DNA from: Toensbergia leucococca
Lineage: Eukaryota
NCBI GenBank assembly: GCA_022813965.1
Contig: JALDZS010000073.1
Location: forward strand, 62,001-107,940
Direction: 5' to 3'
DNA length: 45,940 nucleotides
A program made the position numbers and the translations under genes. Under the pieces are notes generated by a model that ran no database searches, was not told the origin of the DNA, and saw only the letters and a list, made by a program, of their open reading frames with translations. Shown one piece after another: positions 1 to 11,396 of this stretch (within the stretch, counting starts at the first letter, position 1; every line of letters starts with the position of its first letter).

Positions 1-984
1 AGCTCTGCCCTGAGTAATCAACATCAGCCAGATCTATCAATGGTGAAGAAAACCAGGGTGCCGAGAAAAGGCCCTACAGAAGCCCCGAAATCTAGGCCCA
101 TTAAGAGGCTGCCTTCAGTACCAGTACCGATACCGCGTATTCCTTCATCTTTTTCCACGACAGAAAGGCCTAAAATACCTCCGCGTGGTACAAGTGCTTT
201 GCCATTGCCTTTGAACGAGGACGCAAAGCGTGTAGATCTAGATAACTTAACATCCGGATTGAAGAAAATGAGCATCAAGCTCCGGATGCCTTCGAAAGAG
301 GAGCAAGAAGCAAGAGAGGCAAAGCAAAAGCCTGCGCCTAAGGGACGTCCCAGGGTTTCGGGGCCGAAGACCACCTCGGCAGTCGACATAGCGCAGCCCT
401 CTGAAGTCGTCCAGCCAACCACTGGAAGCCCTACCACGGCAGGCAAATTATCAGCGGTCCCAGTAGACGCCGAGATCGCTACGTATGCTCAGGCGCCAAT
501 GAGTCCTTCACCTATGATCGAAGATCTAGCACCTGAATTGGAACCTCTGCAAGATGGCCTTCCCCCTGACCTAGCTACCCATCAATTTGCCTCAGCGCCC
601 CCTGCTTCGTTTCAACACCCGACCCCCACCACTATACCCGCCCCCACCATGGAAATTGAGACACCGAAATTTCCTATGCCCATCGCTCCAACCAACGATG
701 CCCATTCCCAAGAAGTGCCAACTACAATGCCTGTTTCACAACCCCACTCATCAGCAATCCATCCACCCCCGTCAACCCCCAAGCGCACAAAACAAGACCT
801 CCCTATCTTCACCGCCACCTCACCCATAATATTCGGCAAACCAAGTACTATCCCGTTCAACATCAACAATCAACTCACGCAACACCCAGAACCGCCCAAA
901 ACAGAAAGCGGAGTCGCCGAAGGCCACGCACTAGCCACCCAGAGTAACGGAACGTCCGTCGCTGCCCATATACAAGATTCGTGA
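1..984 (+). CDS. 5'-partial gene; low-complexity C-terminal region of a probable HOS3/HosB-like histone deacetylase
   Basis: Frame is open from position 1 to TGA 982-984. Pro/Ser/Thr-rich, with motifs DLDNLTSGLKKMSIKLRMPSKEE and TPKRTKQDLPIFTATSPI that I recall from C-termini of filamentous-fungal HOS3 proteins. A DIWAVPDTP motif follows in frame after the stop (985-1065). No catalytic domain lies inside the window. Confidence 0.5.
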   Translation, partial: SSALSNQHQPDLSMVKKTRVPRKGPTEAPKSRPIKRLPSVPVPIPRIPSSFSTTERPKIPPRGTSALPLPLNEDAKRVDLDNLTSGLKKMSIKLRMPSKEEQEAREAKQKPAPKGRPRVSGPKTTSAVDIAQPSEVVQPTTGSPTTAGKLSAVPVDAEIATYAQAPMSPSPMIEDLAPELEPLQDGLPPDLATHQFASAPPASFQHPTPTTIPAPTMEIETPKFPMPIAPTNDAHSQEVPTTMPVSQPHSSAIHPPPSTPKRTKQDLPIFTATSPIIFGKPSTIPFNINNQLTQHPEPPKTESGVAEGHALATQSNGTSVAAHIQDS

Positions 985-2046
985 GATGTGCAGGCGAAAG
1001 AATTGGAGCGCACTGAGGGGGATATTTGGGCGGTGCCGGATACGCCTCTGCAGAAGAGGCTTTGAGGATGTATGTGGAGGAGTTAATGGGTGCTTTACGG
1101 GATACCCTTTTGAGGTTGAGGTTTTTGGGCATTCAATCCACTTTTTTTTCCCCCTTGTGTTCTATGAGAACGGGAAGATGGGGTTAGTTGCGGCAATGGA
1201 TAGCATTAATTATTACCCCCCCCCCCTAAATGCAGTTCAACTTTCTTTGTCTGTGTCTTTTTGTGTGATGGGATGTGTTTGGTGTTGTAGATGGATGTGT
1301 GGGGGATTTTGTAACTTGATGCTGTCAGGGGTGTTGATGCCTTTTTGTGTGGGGGCTGATGAGGTGGTGGTGTCTTTAGCTGAATCCACTCAGCCAGCTT
1401 CTCAATTGATCGGTATGCTAGCTATTGAGTAGTGGACTTGTTTCGATCTTTGAAAGACCTTGGACACTGTATTGATTGGTATATGATACTAGAGTCTCTA
1501 TTTCACCATTTGAAACGTGTTTTATTAAGAAAGGACATGCTCTGTATCGAAGGAGAAAACATGATTTGTTTCATGAACCACGTTGTGATAATTTTGTTTC
1601 CGCTTCTGGGTTTGAGCCGAGTTCCAAAGACAATTTTGTGCCACCAAATATGAAAATCTGAGCCCCGCATCGATTTTCTATCCTGGTCTGGTTTTTTCCA
1701 GTATTTCAGTTTGGCCAACCTTTTGTCAACTCATCACCCCCCGTACACTGAGCACTAATGGAAAGATGCAACCCTGACTTTTTTTCAGAAAAATCAATGG
1801 CTAACCCATACCTTCCTAACCTCAACCTAACCTTGACTGAGAACATTTCAGGCAGGCAGGGTTTAGATAAGCGGAGACATATAGGCTGAGGCGTCAGCCA
1901 TGAAAAGCCTTGACGAATGGGTCAAAATTGTTTCCCTAGACTTGTTCAGTATATGATTTCTTCATGCAGGACAATTTCCGTTTTACCTAGAACCATCCCC
2001 AAATTCTTTTTACTTCCAGTCTCCCTCGCTCTACCCAAGTAATAAT

Positions 2047-2691
2047 TTACAGCAACTTGGAAAGTCTCTGGTTGATAAGGTATTGATTTGCGGGGAAAAG
2101 GCCCTTGCCAGCCACCATCGATACCCCATCCGACATCATATTCAGCTTCCGTTTTTTCGACTTACGACTTCGTGCCAGAAAGCCTTCGTTCGGTGCAGCG
2201 AAGGGCGACTTACGCTTCCGAAGTAGAGAATTCTCTCCCGGATTACCTTCGCCCCACACACAGAAGAATGTCGGAGTTGCCTTTACCCGGTGGTAAATCG
2301 CAAGCCTATAGGTCCCATAGTCACCGGATCCATACCGATAGCTAACGGAGGCGTGCCGAAGAGGGCCCGTTGATTCTAGCCCATCAAGAAAGTCGCCGAG
2401 GGTGGAGTTTTCGGCCTTGCCAAAAGTGATAAATTTTGTGGCATTGTCCCATATTCGGTCGTATCGGAAGCTTCCGCCTCCGGGCATATTGGACATCACG
2501 AACTCATACTGATTCGTTTGGACGAGGCCAAAGGCGATTTGAAGCGCTTCATGCAAGTCGCTAAAGCGGGCGTTGGCTGGACATGACAAAAGACGATTGA
2601 CCCGGGTATCAGTACCACGTAGGTTCGCCTCGATAAGGAAGTTTTGTTTGGTCGGTGGGGCAGGTGGTCCCATGATCTTTCTTGGTGGCAT
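2047..2691 (-). CDS. Degenerate MM3350-like / plasmid pRiA4b ORF-3-like domain protein
   Basis: Intronless 214 aa. RLLSCPANARFSDLHEALQIAFG matches the family's R-x-x-x-x-P...F-x-x-LH-x-x-L-Q-x-A-F-G signature. YRYGSGD and CVWGEGNP align to the YxYDFGD and CxxGxG-x-P motifs but are diverged. Confidence 0.6.
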   Translation of the reverse strand: MPPRKIMGPPAPPTKQNFLIEANLRGTDTRVNRLLSCPANARFSDLHEALQIAFGLVQTNQYEFVMSNMPGGGSFRYDRIWDNATKFITFGKAENSTLGDFLDGLESTGPLRHASVSYRYGSGDYGTYRLAIYHRVKATPTFFCVWGEGNPGENSLLRKRKSPFAAPNEGFLARSRKSKKRKLNMMSDGVSMVAGKGLFPANQYLINQRLSKLL

Positions 2692-4267
2692 GGCGTTTGA
2701 AGGAGGTGGTTGGGTCGGGGCAATGGCCTGGGATGATTATTATTTTTGGTGCAGTAAACAAATTGACAAAGGAGAGGGCCTTACGTCTGCTTAGACTTCA
2801 ATTAGCTGAAATCTCTTTAGGATCAGTCCTCCTATACGAAGCTACTAAGAAATGTGATGGGCTGTGGTTGGTCTTAAAATGATGGATGGATGAATTGGCG
2901 TTTATTGCGGCGTGTTTGCATGACTTGGATATAACTTTTGTATGTCCAGTGTGGTTATATACGGGGGGCTGTATGTACAAATTGCTCTGGAGTGTCTCCA
3001 TGTGTTAGCGATGAGTCTAATGAAAAGTGAATGCTCATTGCTGCATGTATAAATAGCAGCAATTGGTTAAGTCCCATGACATCTTTCTGAGCATTTCTGG
3101 TACACACATTCACTTGAGGAGCTTCCTGACAGTTGGCGCAGCTAAGCCCGAGAGCAGACGTCAAAAAGGGGCGTCCATGTATCAGGACCCTATATATATT
3201 GCTTCCGTCCATGCCGTCTGGTTCCGGTCAAGGATGATTGAAGAGCCCTCCGAGCGCCATATTGATTCTGTACACATGTATACTAGAGATTCCCTGAAGC
3301 TCTTCATTCCCAGGTTCTAAGGGTTATGCAAAACATCAGGTCTCTCCACGAACCACTAATTGATATGAAATTACCATATGAGAGAATTGCATCACAGCAC
3401 TCAAGACATGATGTGGGATGTACTTATTGACGCATCAGGAAAGTCAAGATAGATAGTCAACGAAGGCTTCCAGGACTTGTGAAAACAAGTCACCATGCTT
3501 GGAGCACGTCCAGAGTGCGTGTTTATCTGTCAAAGTAACAACCTGCCACTTAGTAGCTTAAGTCTCCTCCTGAATTGTAAATGTACGAGAGATGGATCAA
3601 ATGTTAACACGGGAAGGTTCAAGAGCAAACAGGGACGGCGTTGGGAGGAGATGAGGTTAGAAGATCCACTCTGCGCTATACTCAACACAGTAAGGTCAAT
3701 AATCCTTGACTACCTTACCTCCCACCTCCCTACCTACTCGTACCTTACTTTAGGTATTGCGGCCTCGAGTTCTCGTACCACAGAGCACGTCCGAGCAAAC
3801 TTCAAGCCTTAAAGACCTCCATTCAAACGATGATCATTGTCAGGCCTGGTGTCAGGTAGTCATGGGGTCGAATCCTCCTCATCCTCTCGGACAGCATGTA
3901 TGCACCCCTATGAGGATAACGTTACATGATGGCCCGCAGGGGTCTGGTAGTGGTGGGTGAACAGGAGCTTATTGAAGTTTTAGGTGAAGCAATCTGACCA
4001 CCGAATCATGAAACGCCTAAGCCGTTCTCCATTACAACATCATTGGTACCCTACTTGTCGTGCTATGCAGCCAACTATGTCTTTCACATCTTTCTTGTTC
4101 AGATCTGATCCAAACCATCCCATCTCACCAAAATCCTACCACAAAATTCCATGATAAACCAGACCCACAAATCTATTCCCTCTATTCTTAGCCTCGTTAC
4201 CTTTCCAAAGCTCTAATTCAACCTTTGATTTCCTTTCATCCCGTAAGAAAACCCTACCCAATCAATC

Positions 4268-5224
4268 ATGGGGTCTATGTCAGACGCCCCTACATGGGCA
4301 CCGCGCCCAACCATTGACGACAGCGTATTTAAGATGTTCAGCATGGAAGGAAAGACCGTCATCATCTCCGGTGGCTCAAGTGGCATTGGTTACGAAGTAG
4401 CTCGTGGCCTTGCTGAAGCCGGCGCCAATGTATGCCGCCTCAAAATACCATTTTTAAAAAAGAGTATTGCAAATATAGTACCGGATATATAACATCACAC
4501 AGATCGCTCTCTGGTACAACACCTCTCAAACAGCTCACAATCTCGCCGAAATCCTCGAACAAGACTTCAAAGGCATCCGTGCCCGCGCCTACAAGGTCCG
4601 CGTTGAGAACTATGCCGAAGTCGAAAAAGCAGTTGAGCAGGCGGTGACCGATTTCGGCAAATTGGACGTCATGATTGCGAATGCAAGCATTCCCTCGAGA
4701 ACGGGTAGCTTAAATGGCAGTCTGGACGACTGGAACAAAGTCCGCGCCATAGACTTTGATGGCGCCTATCACTGTGCCCGAGCAGCGGGGATGATATTCA
4801 AGGAGCAGGGCTTCGGAAACTGTATCTTTACAGGCAGCATGTCGGGGCATATAGTCAACCAACCACAAGACCAAGCCTGCTACAACGCCTGCAAAGCGGG
4901 CGTGGTCAGTAACCCCCCTCCACCCTTAGGCCCGTTATCTCTTACCAACCAAACCGGCCACAGATCCATCTAATGAAATCTCTCGCAGTCGAATGGGCTA
5001 AATGGGGCGGGCGCGTCAACAGCGTCTCCCCCGGCTACGTCGACACGCCTCTTACGGCGGGCATCAAGACCAAACTCAAGAATATTTGGTTCGGCATGGT
5101 GCCGTTGGGGCGGGACGCGGATCCGCGGGAGATGAAGGCCGCATTTTTGTATCTGGCGTCGGATGCGTCAAGCTATGCGACGGGGACGGATATTGTCATT
5201 GATGGGGGCTATAGTTGTCGATAG
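4268..5224 (+). CDS. Short-chain dehydrogenase/reductase (mannitol dehydrogenase / sorbose or L-xylulose reductase-like)
   Basis: Exons 4268-4429, 4503-4904, 4964-5224 (GT-AG introns). Motifs SGGSSGIG (Rossmann), TGSMSG, YNACK (catalytic YxxxK), RVNSVSPGY, YLASDASSYATG, IDGGY. Confidence 0.92.
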
Positions 5225-5876
5225 AGGAGGACTGGGTCAATTTTCCCAAAGTCAATGTTAATATCAGACGCTAGAGTGCCCCCTCCACTCTTGCTGACAT
5301 GCACACGGCAGTGACATTCTTTGCTGCTCACAGCCAGCTCCAGGACACCACGTCTCGCTGACTTTGGGCCTCGTCGTCCCGACCATGTTCGAATTCTCGA
5401 CTCGCAACATCTACCTCCTCGCAGCACGGTCCTATCTCTTTTTCCCCCTAGCTTCCGCAAGTTCCCATTTCTCCCCCTCCCTCCTGCTTCCTCCCCCCCC
5501 TTCAATTGAACCTCGGAACCCCAAAACCCAGGCACATCGAGCGCTGATGAAAAAGGGGAACAACAGAAATTCCACTGTGCAGAAGAGTAATTGAAGTGAT
5601 GGGACGGTTTAATGATTTGAGCCATCTGTGTTACGTTGGAGGTGCTTGGAGGGCAAGACGAACGAAAACCCTGCAACATAGTATCAAAACAAGAGTGGAG
5701 CGTCGCCAATCGCCGAAAAACCCCTAGCCGGAAGTGTTCTATGTAGCTAGCATACATGGATTTATGGTAGGATCGGTTTTGCGATACTGGTTTGGGGTGA
5801 AATTTCATTTCTCCCTCTGCTACCGAGGATTTTGCACCTGTACAAAACCATCAGCCAGCCCACCCCAACAAAAGAC

Positions 5877-6827
5877 TCAAACATCCGCAACCGACGGTCC
5901 CATCCAGCGCTCAAACCAGCCCAAAGCCTGCTCCTTTGCCTCCTCTGCCTGCCGCCGCACCTTCTCATCCTCCACATTCCCCCTCACAGCAAAGCCATGT
6001 TTCGCCCCGGGGAAAGTCACCACCTCATGCAAGCCATCCTTTTTCTTCTCCAGGATCCCCTTGACGCGGCGCGCCAGCTCGGGCTTGAGCGATCGGTCCA
6101 AGTCGCCGACCGCGATGCTCAGTGGCACGGTCACGGCGTCAAAGTCCTCGGGGATTCGGACCAGGCTGGGGTGCGCAGTGTAGGCCGCGTCGAGGAGTGG
6201 GCATGGCTTTTGCGTGTCGTCGCCGGGGCGCACAATTCGTTCTGAGGCTTTGTCTTGGGCAAGGAGGATGCTATATTTGCCGCCCCAGCAGAAGCCGGCT
6301 GCGCCGATGGACATATCACTAGTATCTGGAGCGCGGCGGAGGGCTTGGAAGAAGGAGAGGATGCGTGGGTGGACGATTGTTTGGCGGGTGAAGAACATGA
6401 AGGGGATGTAGTTTATGAGGAGTTTGATTAGGTGATAAGGTTTTAGGACAGAGAAACCTGGTATTGAAAGGGCTTCCATGGTTTGGATCAGGGAACCCGA
6501 GGCGCTGTGGCCTAGGAATAGGAAGAGCGTGATTAGCAATGAGTGAAAGCTGCGAATTCAGAGCGCAAGATGAGAAATAGTACCGTCCATAAAGTCCGGC
6601 AAATAAACCAGCCAGTCCCCTTCCTTTGCATAAGCATCAGCCAGCACTCGGCTATTGGTCATGTCCCAGCCAAAAGCATCGGAGATGAAGACAATCAAGC
6701 CCTTGGGTGTGCTTTTGGTACGTGCAATGTAGGTGGGCAAGCCGTGGATAGTGCTCGTAGTGCCAGTCGGGGCAATGCTGGATATGGTACCGCTCACACA
6801 GTCGCGACAGGGGGTGGTGGTGGGCAT
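5877..6827 (-). CDS. Dienelactone hydrolase family protein
   Basis: Exons 6827-6584 and 6511-5877 (intron 6583-6512, GTACTA...GCTAAT...TAG). N-terminal CxDC, SDAFG, nucleophile GFCWGG, AHPS, GDLD and HGF motifs. Confidence 0.9.
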
Positions 6828-7197
6828 TTCTGCAGCTGAGGGAGGGTTTGCCTGCACGGTGCCACTGTAGTGGCTTGGAATACTTACATAATGACAGAGA
6901 TGGATCTCAGAGGTTGAGGGAAAGACGTTCTATCTATATGCCTGTTCTGACTCCTGCGGAAAAGAAATCCTTGAGCACGAAGCTAAGATATGGTGGACCG
7001 CGGTACGAACATGGAGTATCTCTAGAATAAGCAAAGTCCACGAGGAAGTAAGAGCGAGGAAGCATACGATATGTGGCTCCCATCGCATAGGGAATTGAGC
7101 TTCCAAGGGTGCATTTGATCACATCCGTTGTACCCGGCCCCTTGTTCAAAGTCTTAGCGCCAAAGGGCTACGGTAAGAGCAGTATTGGGTTACAAGA

Positions 7198-7308
7198 CGG
7201 GGCTCATTCAGGACGGTCACTTTTTCAAGATTATTTACCGAAATTTATCACTGATACTCAGACGTTCTCATGATTACGAGTACTACGGTAGATGTTGGGT
7301 AATGATAA
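7198..7308 (+). mobile_element. Solo terminal-inverted-repeat fragment of the MITE at 36307-37058
   Basis: CGGGGCTCATTCAGGACGGTCACTTTTTCAAGATTATTTACCGAAATTTATCACTGATACTCAGACGTTCTCATGATTAC aligns colinearly with both termini of the 36.3-37.1 kb element. Confidence 0.8.
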
Positions 7309-7560
7309 CTGGACACCCTCTTTCCAGAATCTGATCTTGCTTAGCCAGTGCCATTATGATAGAATATGTGGCAGCCTCGAAAATCATCGTCTGCAGGCTC
7401 GTTGTCCGTTGAAAATCAACACGGCCTGTACTTTGTCCATAGTGTCTTGAAGGCGCTATAACGTTCCGAGATAGGTAGGTATGCTGTGATTAAATCAGAA
7501 AGATGATATTGGAGTCAGCGGTCGGAGATTAAGCACTGCACTAGTGGCAGTTCCTTGCAG

Positions 7561-7610
7561 CTGATGTCATTAGATGAAGAATTGGCTTCAAGCTAAGATA
7601 AGTGATAAGT
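7561..7610 (+). promoter_or_regulatory. Candidate sulfur/GATA regulatory motifs upstream of CBS
   Basis: CTGATGTCAT (7561-7570) is a 9/10 match to the Neurospora CYS-3 consensus ATGRYRYCAT. Tandem GATAAGT-GATAAGT at 7597-7610. Confidence 0.3.
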
Positions 7611-7710
7611 GTAAATAAACGTTGAGGCTCGGCTAGACTCGGCAGAGTGTGAAACTACAGGAACTCACTCAAGAAAAAATCTGTGTCGCATCTCCATCTC
7701 ACTCGTCATC

Positions 7711-9470
7711 ATGTCGAGCCTCACGAAGCCAAAGATTCCCCCTGTCGTGATGGACTCGGTCATCCAGCAGATTGGGAATACTCCTATGGTCAGACTGAAC
7801 AAAATACCCCAGAGCCTTGGCATAGAAGCCACAATCTACGCAAAGCTAGAGTTCTTCAATGCTGGGGGAAGTGTCAAAGATCGCATCGCTTTACGCATGA
7901 TCGAGGAGGCCGAGCGGGTGGGAAGGATAAAGCCTGGAGACACTTTAATAGAGCCTACGAGTGGTAACACGTAGGTACACGTACTCGGGTAGCATGCTAT
8001 GCCTTGTCCTGCATCTAATTATGTACACAGTGGCATCGGCCTTGCGTTGGTGGCTGCAGTCAAAGGTTAGGCTTAGCAATTGTATAAGGCCGAGAGCGAT
8101 CATTTTCTGACACTTATAGGTTACAAGACTATTATTACTTTGCCTGAGAAAATGTCACCAGAGAAGGTTGCTGTGCTACGCTCCTTGAATGCAACTATTA
8201 TACGAACACCAACACAAGCAGCATTTGACTCGCCAGAGTCGCATATTGGAGTCGCCAGGAGACTGCAACAAGAGATTCCGAATGCACATATACTGGACCA
8301 GTACGGCAATCCTGATAATCCTTTAGCGCATGAGTACGGGACTGCAGAGGAAATTTGGACCCAGACAGACGGCAAAATTAAAGCCATCGTCGCGGGTGCT
8401 GGCACGGGCGGAACAATCACCGGGTTAGCTAGAGGCTTGCGAAAACACAACCCAGATGTAAAGATTATTGCTGCAGATCCATACGGCTCGATTTTGGCGC
8501 TTCCAAAATCATTAAATGACACACATGCCAATGAGTCTTACAAGGTGGAAGGGATCGGGTATGACTTCGTACCCGATGTTCTAGACCAGAAGGCCGTTGA
8601 CCACTGGTATAAGACGGATGACCGAGAATCCTTTGAATACGCTCGAAGGCTGATAGCTGAGGAAGGTCTCCTAGTGGGCGGCAGTAGTGGAAGCGCTATG
8701 ACAGCCATGGTACATGGCGTAAGAGACCTCAAGCTTGGGAAAGGTGATGTTGTGGTTGTCATATTACCTGACAGCATAAGGAGCTATCTGAGTAAAGTAA
8801 TTCATCCTATTAATAACAAAGCGAAGCTCAGGCTAACGCTATTCAGTTCGTGGACGATGATTGGCTTGCGGCCAATGATCTCCTTCCTCCAACACCTCCG
8901 ACCACTAACCCCTCTTCGCCGGATCTCAAAGCTCATGGCTCATCTAAAGACGCTTTTGACGGCGCAACTATCAGAACGCTAAGACTTAAACCCGTTACGA
9001 CCGTCCTATCTAATTCGCCTTGCACTGAAGCAATTGAGACAATGCGGGAAAAAGGATTCGATCAGCTCCCAGTGCTAGCACCTTATGGAAGAAAGCTAGT
9101 CGGCCTGGTAACGTTGGGTAATATGCTTAGCTGGATCGGCCAAGGACGGGCTATTGGAGACAGCCCAGTATCGGACGTCATGTTCAACTTCTCCAAGATC
9201 TCTGAGGTCACCACAGACCCTAGAGAACTTGGCCCCACTGCCCCACCTAAGACACATGGCGAGGCGGACGGACAAGGTGTGCCACAACATCGGAAATTCG
9301 TCCAAATAACGTTGGACACCCCTTTAAAGGCGCTGAGTAGATTCTTCGAGTGGAATAGTGCTGCGGTGGTGACAGAAAAGGACGAGAATACCAACATGAA
9401 GCCTGTGGCCGTGGTCACCAAAGTAGATTTGTTGGCCTGGTTGGTGAAGCAAGGGAAGATATCTACGTAA
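7711..9470 (+). CDS. CYS4: Cystathionine beta-synthase (PLP-dependent domain plus C-terminal CBS pair)
   Basis: Exons 7711-7970, 8031-8065, 8120-8796, 8847-9470. Motifs GGSVKDRIA (PLP lysine), [36 protein letters not shown] domains with GFDQLPV and VVTKVDLL. Confidence 0.97.
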
Positions 9471-10084
9471 TCTTTGACTTGGAGTATTGGCACTTCAAGA
9501 TGGGTTGGTGGGCATTGGATTCCGGTATGGCGTCTGGAGCTTATACAAAGTTGCTGAGGCATTCAACATGGGCCAGTCAAAGACTTGTGCTGTATCTGGG
9601 TTCCGTGAAGATTGTTGATAATTGTACGAGTATGACGAGATTCACAGACCATGCAACAACACCACTACCTACTAAATGTTCACCTCCCTTTACCTTTCAT
9701 ATTCGGTTCTTCGCCCTCTAATTTAGACTAGTATCGCTGATGTCAGTTGCACTGCAGGCAGGAGCGTGCGTCACGAGCAGACAATTCTGGCAGAGGACGA
9801 ATATTACATCTTCAAAGTCTTATGCATAGTATAATTAGCTACCTTGTACATCAAAATCCTAGACTGCAAGAAAGATCGTAGTGTTCTGAGTTTATCACTA
9901 CAAATGTTCGCTCCTGTTTTCGTCAGGAGTTCAAAATTCCTCTCCATCGGGTCACTATCATGTCTTCTCCAAATGCAGTCCAAAGCCCAGCTTACGAGCA
10001 ATACCAAGGGTAGCTTTAGGACTGGTTCCGTGCAGACAGCATTCAGAAGAGTTTCTGGAGAGAATTCTATATTCTGTGTATGTG

Positions 10085-11396
10085 CTAGAAGTCACCCGCA
10101 AGCCATTCGCACCTGACAATCATATCGGCTGGCAAGCGTCTTTCCGGCTCGTAATCTAATGTCCATTGTAGCAAACACGTCATGCTGTTCACTTCATCCT
10201 CAGAAACCTTGACACCAGAAGGTTCAATCAAAGAATCGGATGCGGACTGTTCGGACAGAGGTATCTCGTTACCATGCATTGGGGGGGTTTCGTCATATTT
10301 ACCAATTATTCTTATCTGTTCGCTGAGGGATCTCCTGGACATTTCATTTTCCACTATCTGGATGTCATTTCGCTCCAAAGAGGGCCACAAAGCCTTTGGG
10401 GGCGTTCCTAAGATCTCCACCATTTCTTGAAGAATCTGGTAGGAGGAATTTGAGAAGGATTCAAACAGAGGAAATCCAGATCGCATTTGGAACATCGTAC
10501 AGCTCAAAGCCCAGACATCGGACCAGATGCTTGCCCTCCCTTCTAGAATTAGCTCTGGAGAACAATAAGACACTAGAGTTCCAACTCCCTTGGGCGGCGG
10601 AGACGAAATCCAGAATGCTTCCCCTAGGTCTATGAGTAGAACTTCTTCGGCTATGTAATTTGGTGAGACTGAGAGAAAGGACGCTGGTTCCACAAGGTAT
10701 TTAGGTGCAGATATGCCGAGCTTTTCTCCGGAAAATGTGAAGACCTCGTCTTTGACAGGGTTGCCAAGTTGATGAGTAACGTCATCTGCAGACCACTCAT
10801 CAATATTGGCAAGACCTAGTAGAACATTCCTAGGTGTTATATCTAGGTCGGCGGTCAGCATGCTTCTCTAATTGCTCATCTTTCATCATACCTCCATGGG
10901 CGATTCCCAGGGAATGCAAGAACAGAACCGCTTCTGCCAGCTGCGCAGCCAATTTGCGCGCCAAAGGAGCACGCAGACGCCGGCTGCCTGCAATTTGACC
11001 TGGAGAGTCTGATAGCTGGGACATGCTGGGACCTCCAACCTAAGATACATAGCACGCGTGAGTACCATTTGGCCCTTGAAAAGTGAAAGTGTCCAAGATT
11101 GAAATGATGCTACTACGGCGCGGATTACCTTGAGCACGTTGGTCGAGGTATTGGAGCATTTCGAACTCCTTCGTTCGCTGAGGAGCGTCTGCAATGAGTA
11201 TCTTGAGTGAAACAAGCCGTTGCAGATGCTCATCACGGGCTAGCCACACAGTAGCGAATCCTCCATAGCCAAGCTTGTGAAGTATATGATATCTTCCATC
11301 CTTTAATGTGTCTGCTATGTGAGTTGGGTGAAAGCCGCCTATCCTGTATTTCTCAACATCCTCAACCTTATCCAGACGCGGCAGATGATACTGCAT
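10085..11396 (-). pseudogene. SRPK-like (CMGC-related) fungal protein kinase interrupted by an in-frame TAG
   Basis: Motifs EDVEKYRIGGFHP, HKLGYGGFATVWLARD, VSLKI, GPNGTH, HGDITPRN (after intron 10891-10843), IDLGEA, YCSPE, DVWAL. The two N-terminal ORF pieces share one frame and are separated only by TAG at 11042-11040 (ACYVS*VGGPSMSQL). Confidence 0.75.

Noticed and set aside
1051..1065. Read-through-derived PTS1 (-KRL) on the HOS3-like protein
   Set aside because: KRL does not fit [SAC][KRH]L and the stop context is not TGA-CTA.
986..1432. 148-aa ORF downstream of the HOS3-like gene
   Set aside because: Runs through G/T-rich, homopolymer-rich 3' UTR-like sequence with implausible composition.
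5209..5808. 199-aa minus-strand ORF between the SDR and DLH genes
   Set aside because: Non-ATG start, no recognisable motif, and it lies in the convergent 3' region of two real genes.
4268..9470. SDR, DLH and CBS as a secondary-metabolite cluster
   Set aside because: No backbone enzyme, transporter or cluster regulator in the window; CBS is housekeeping.
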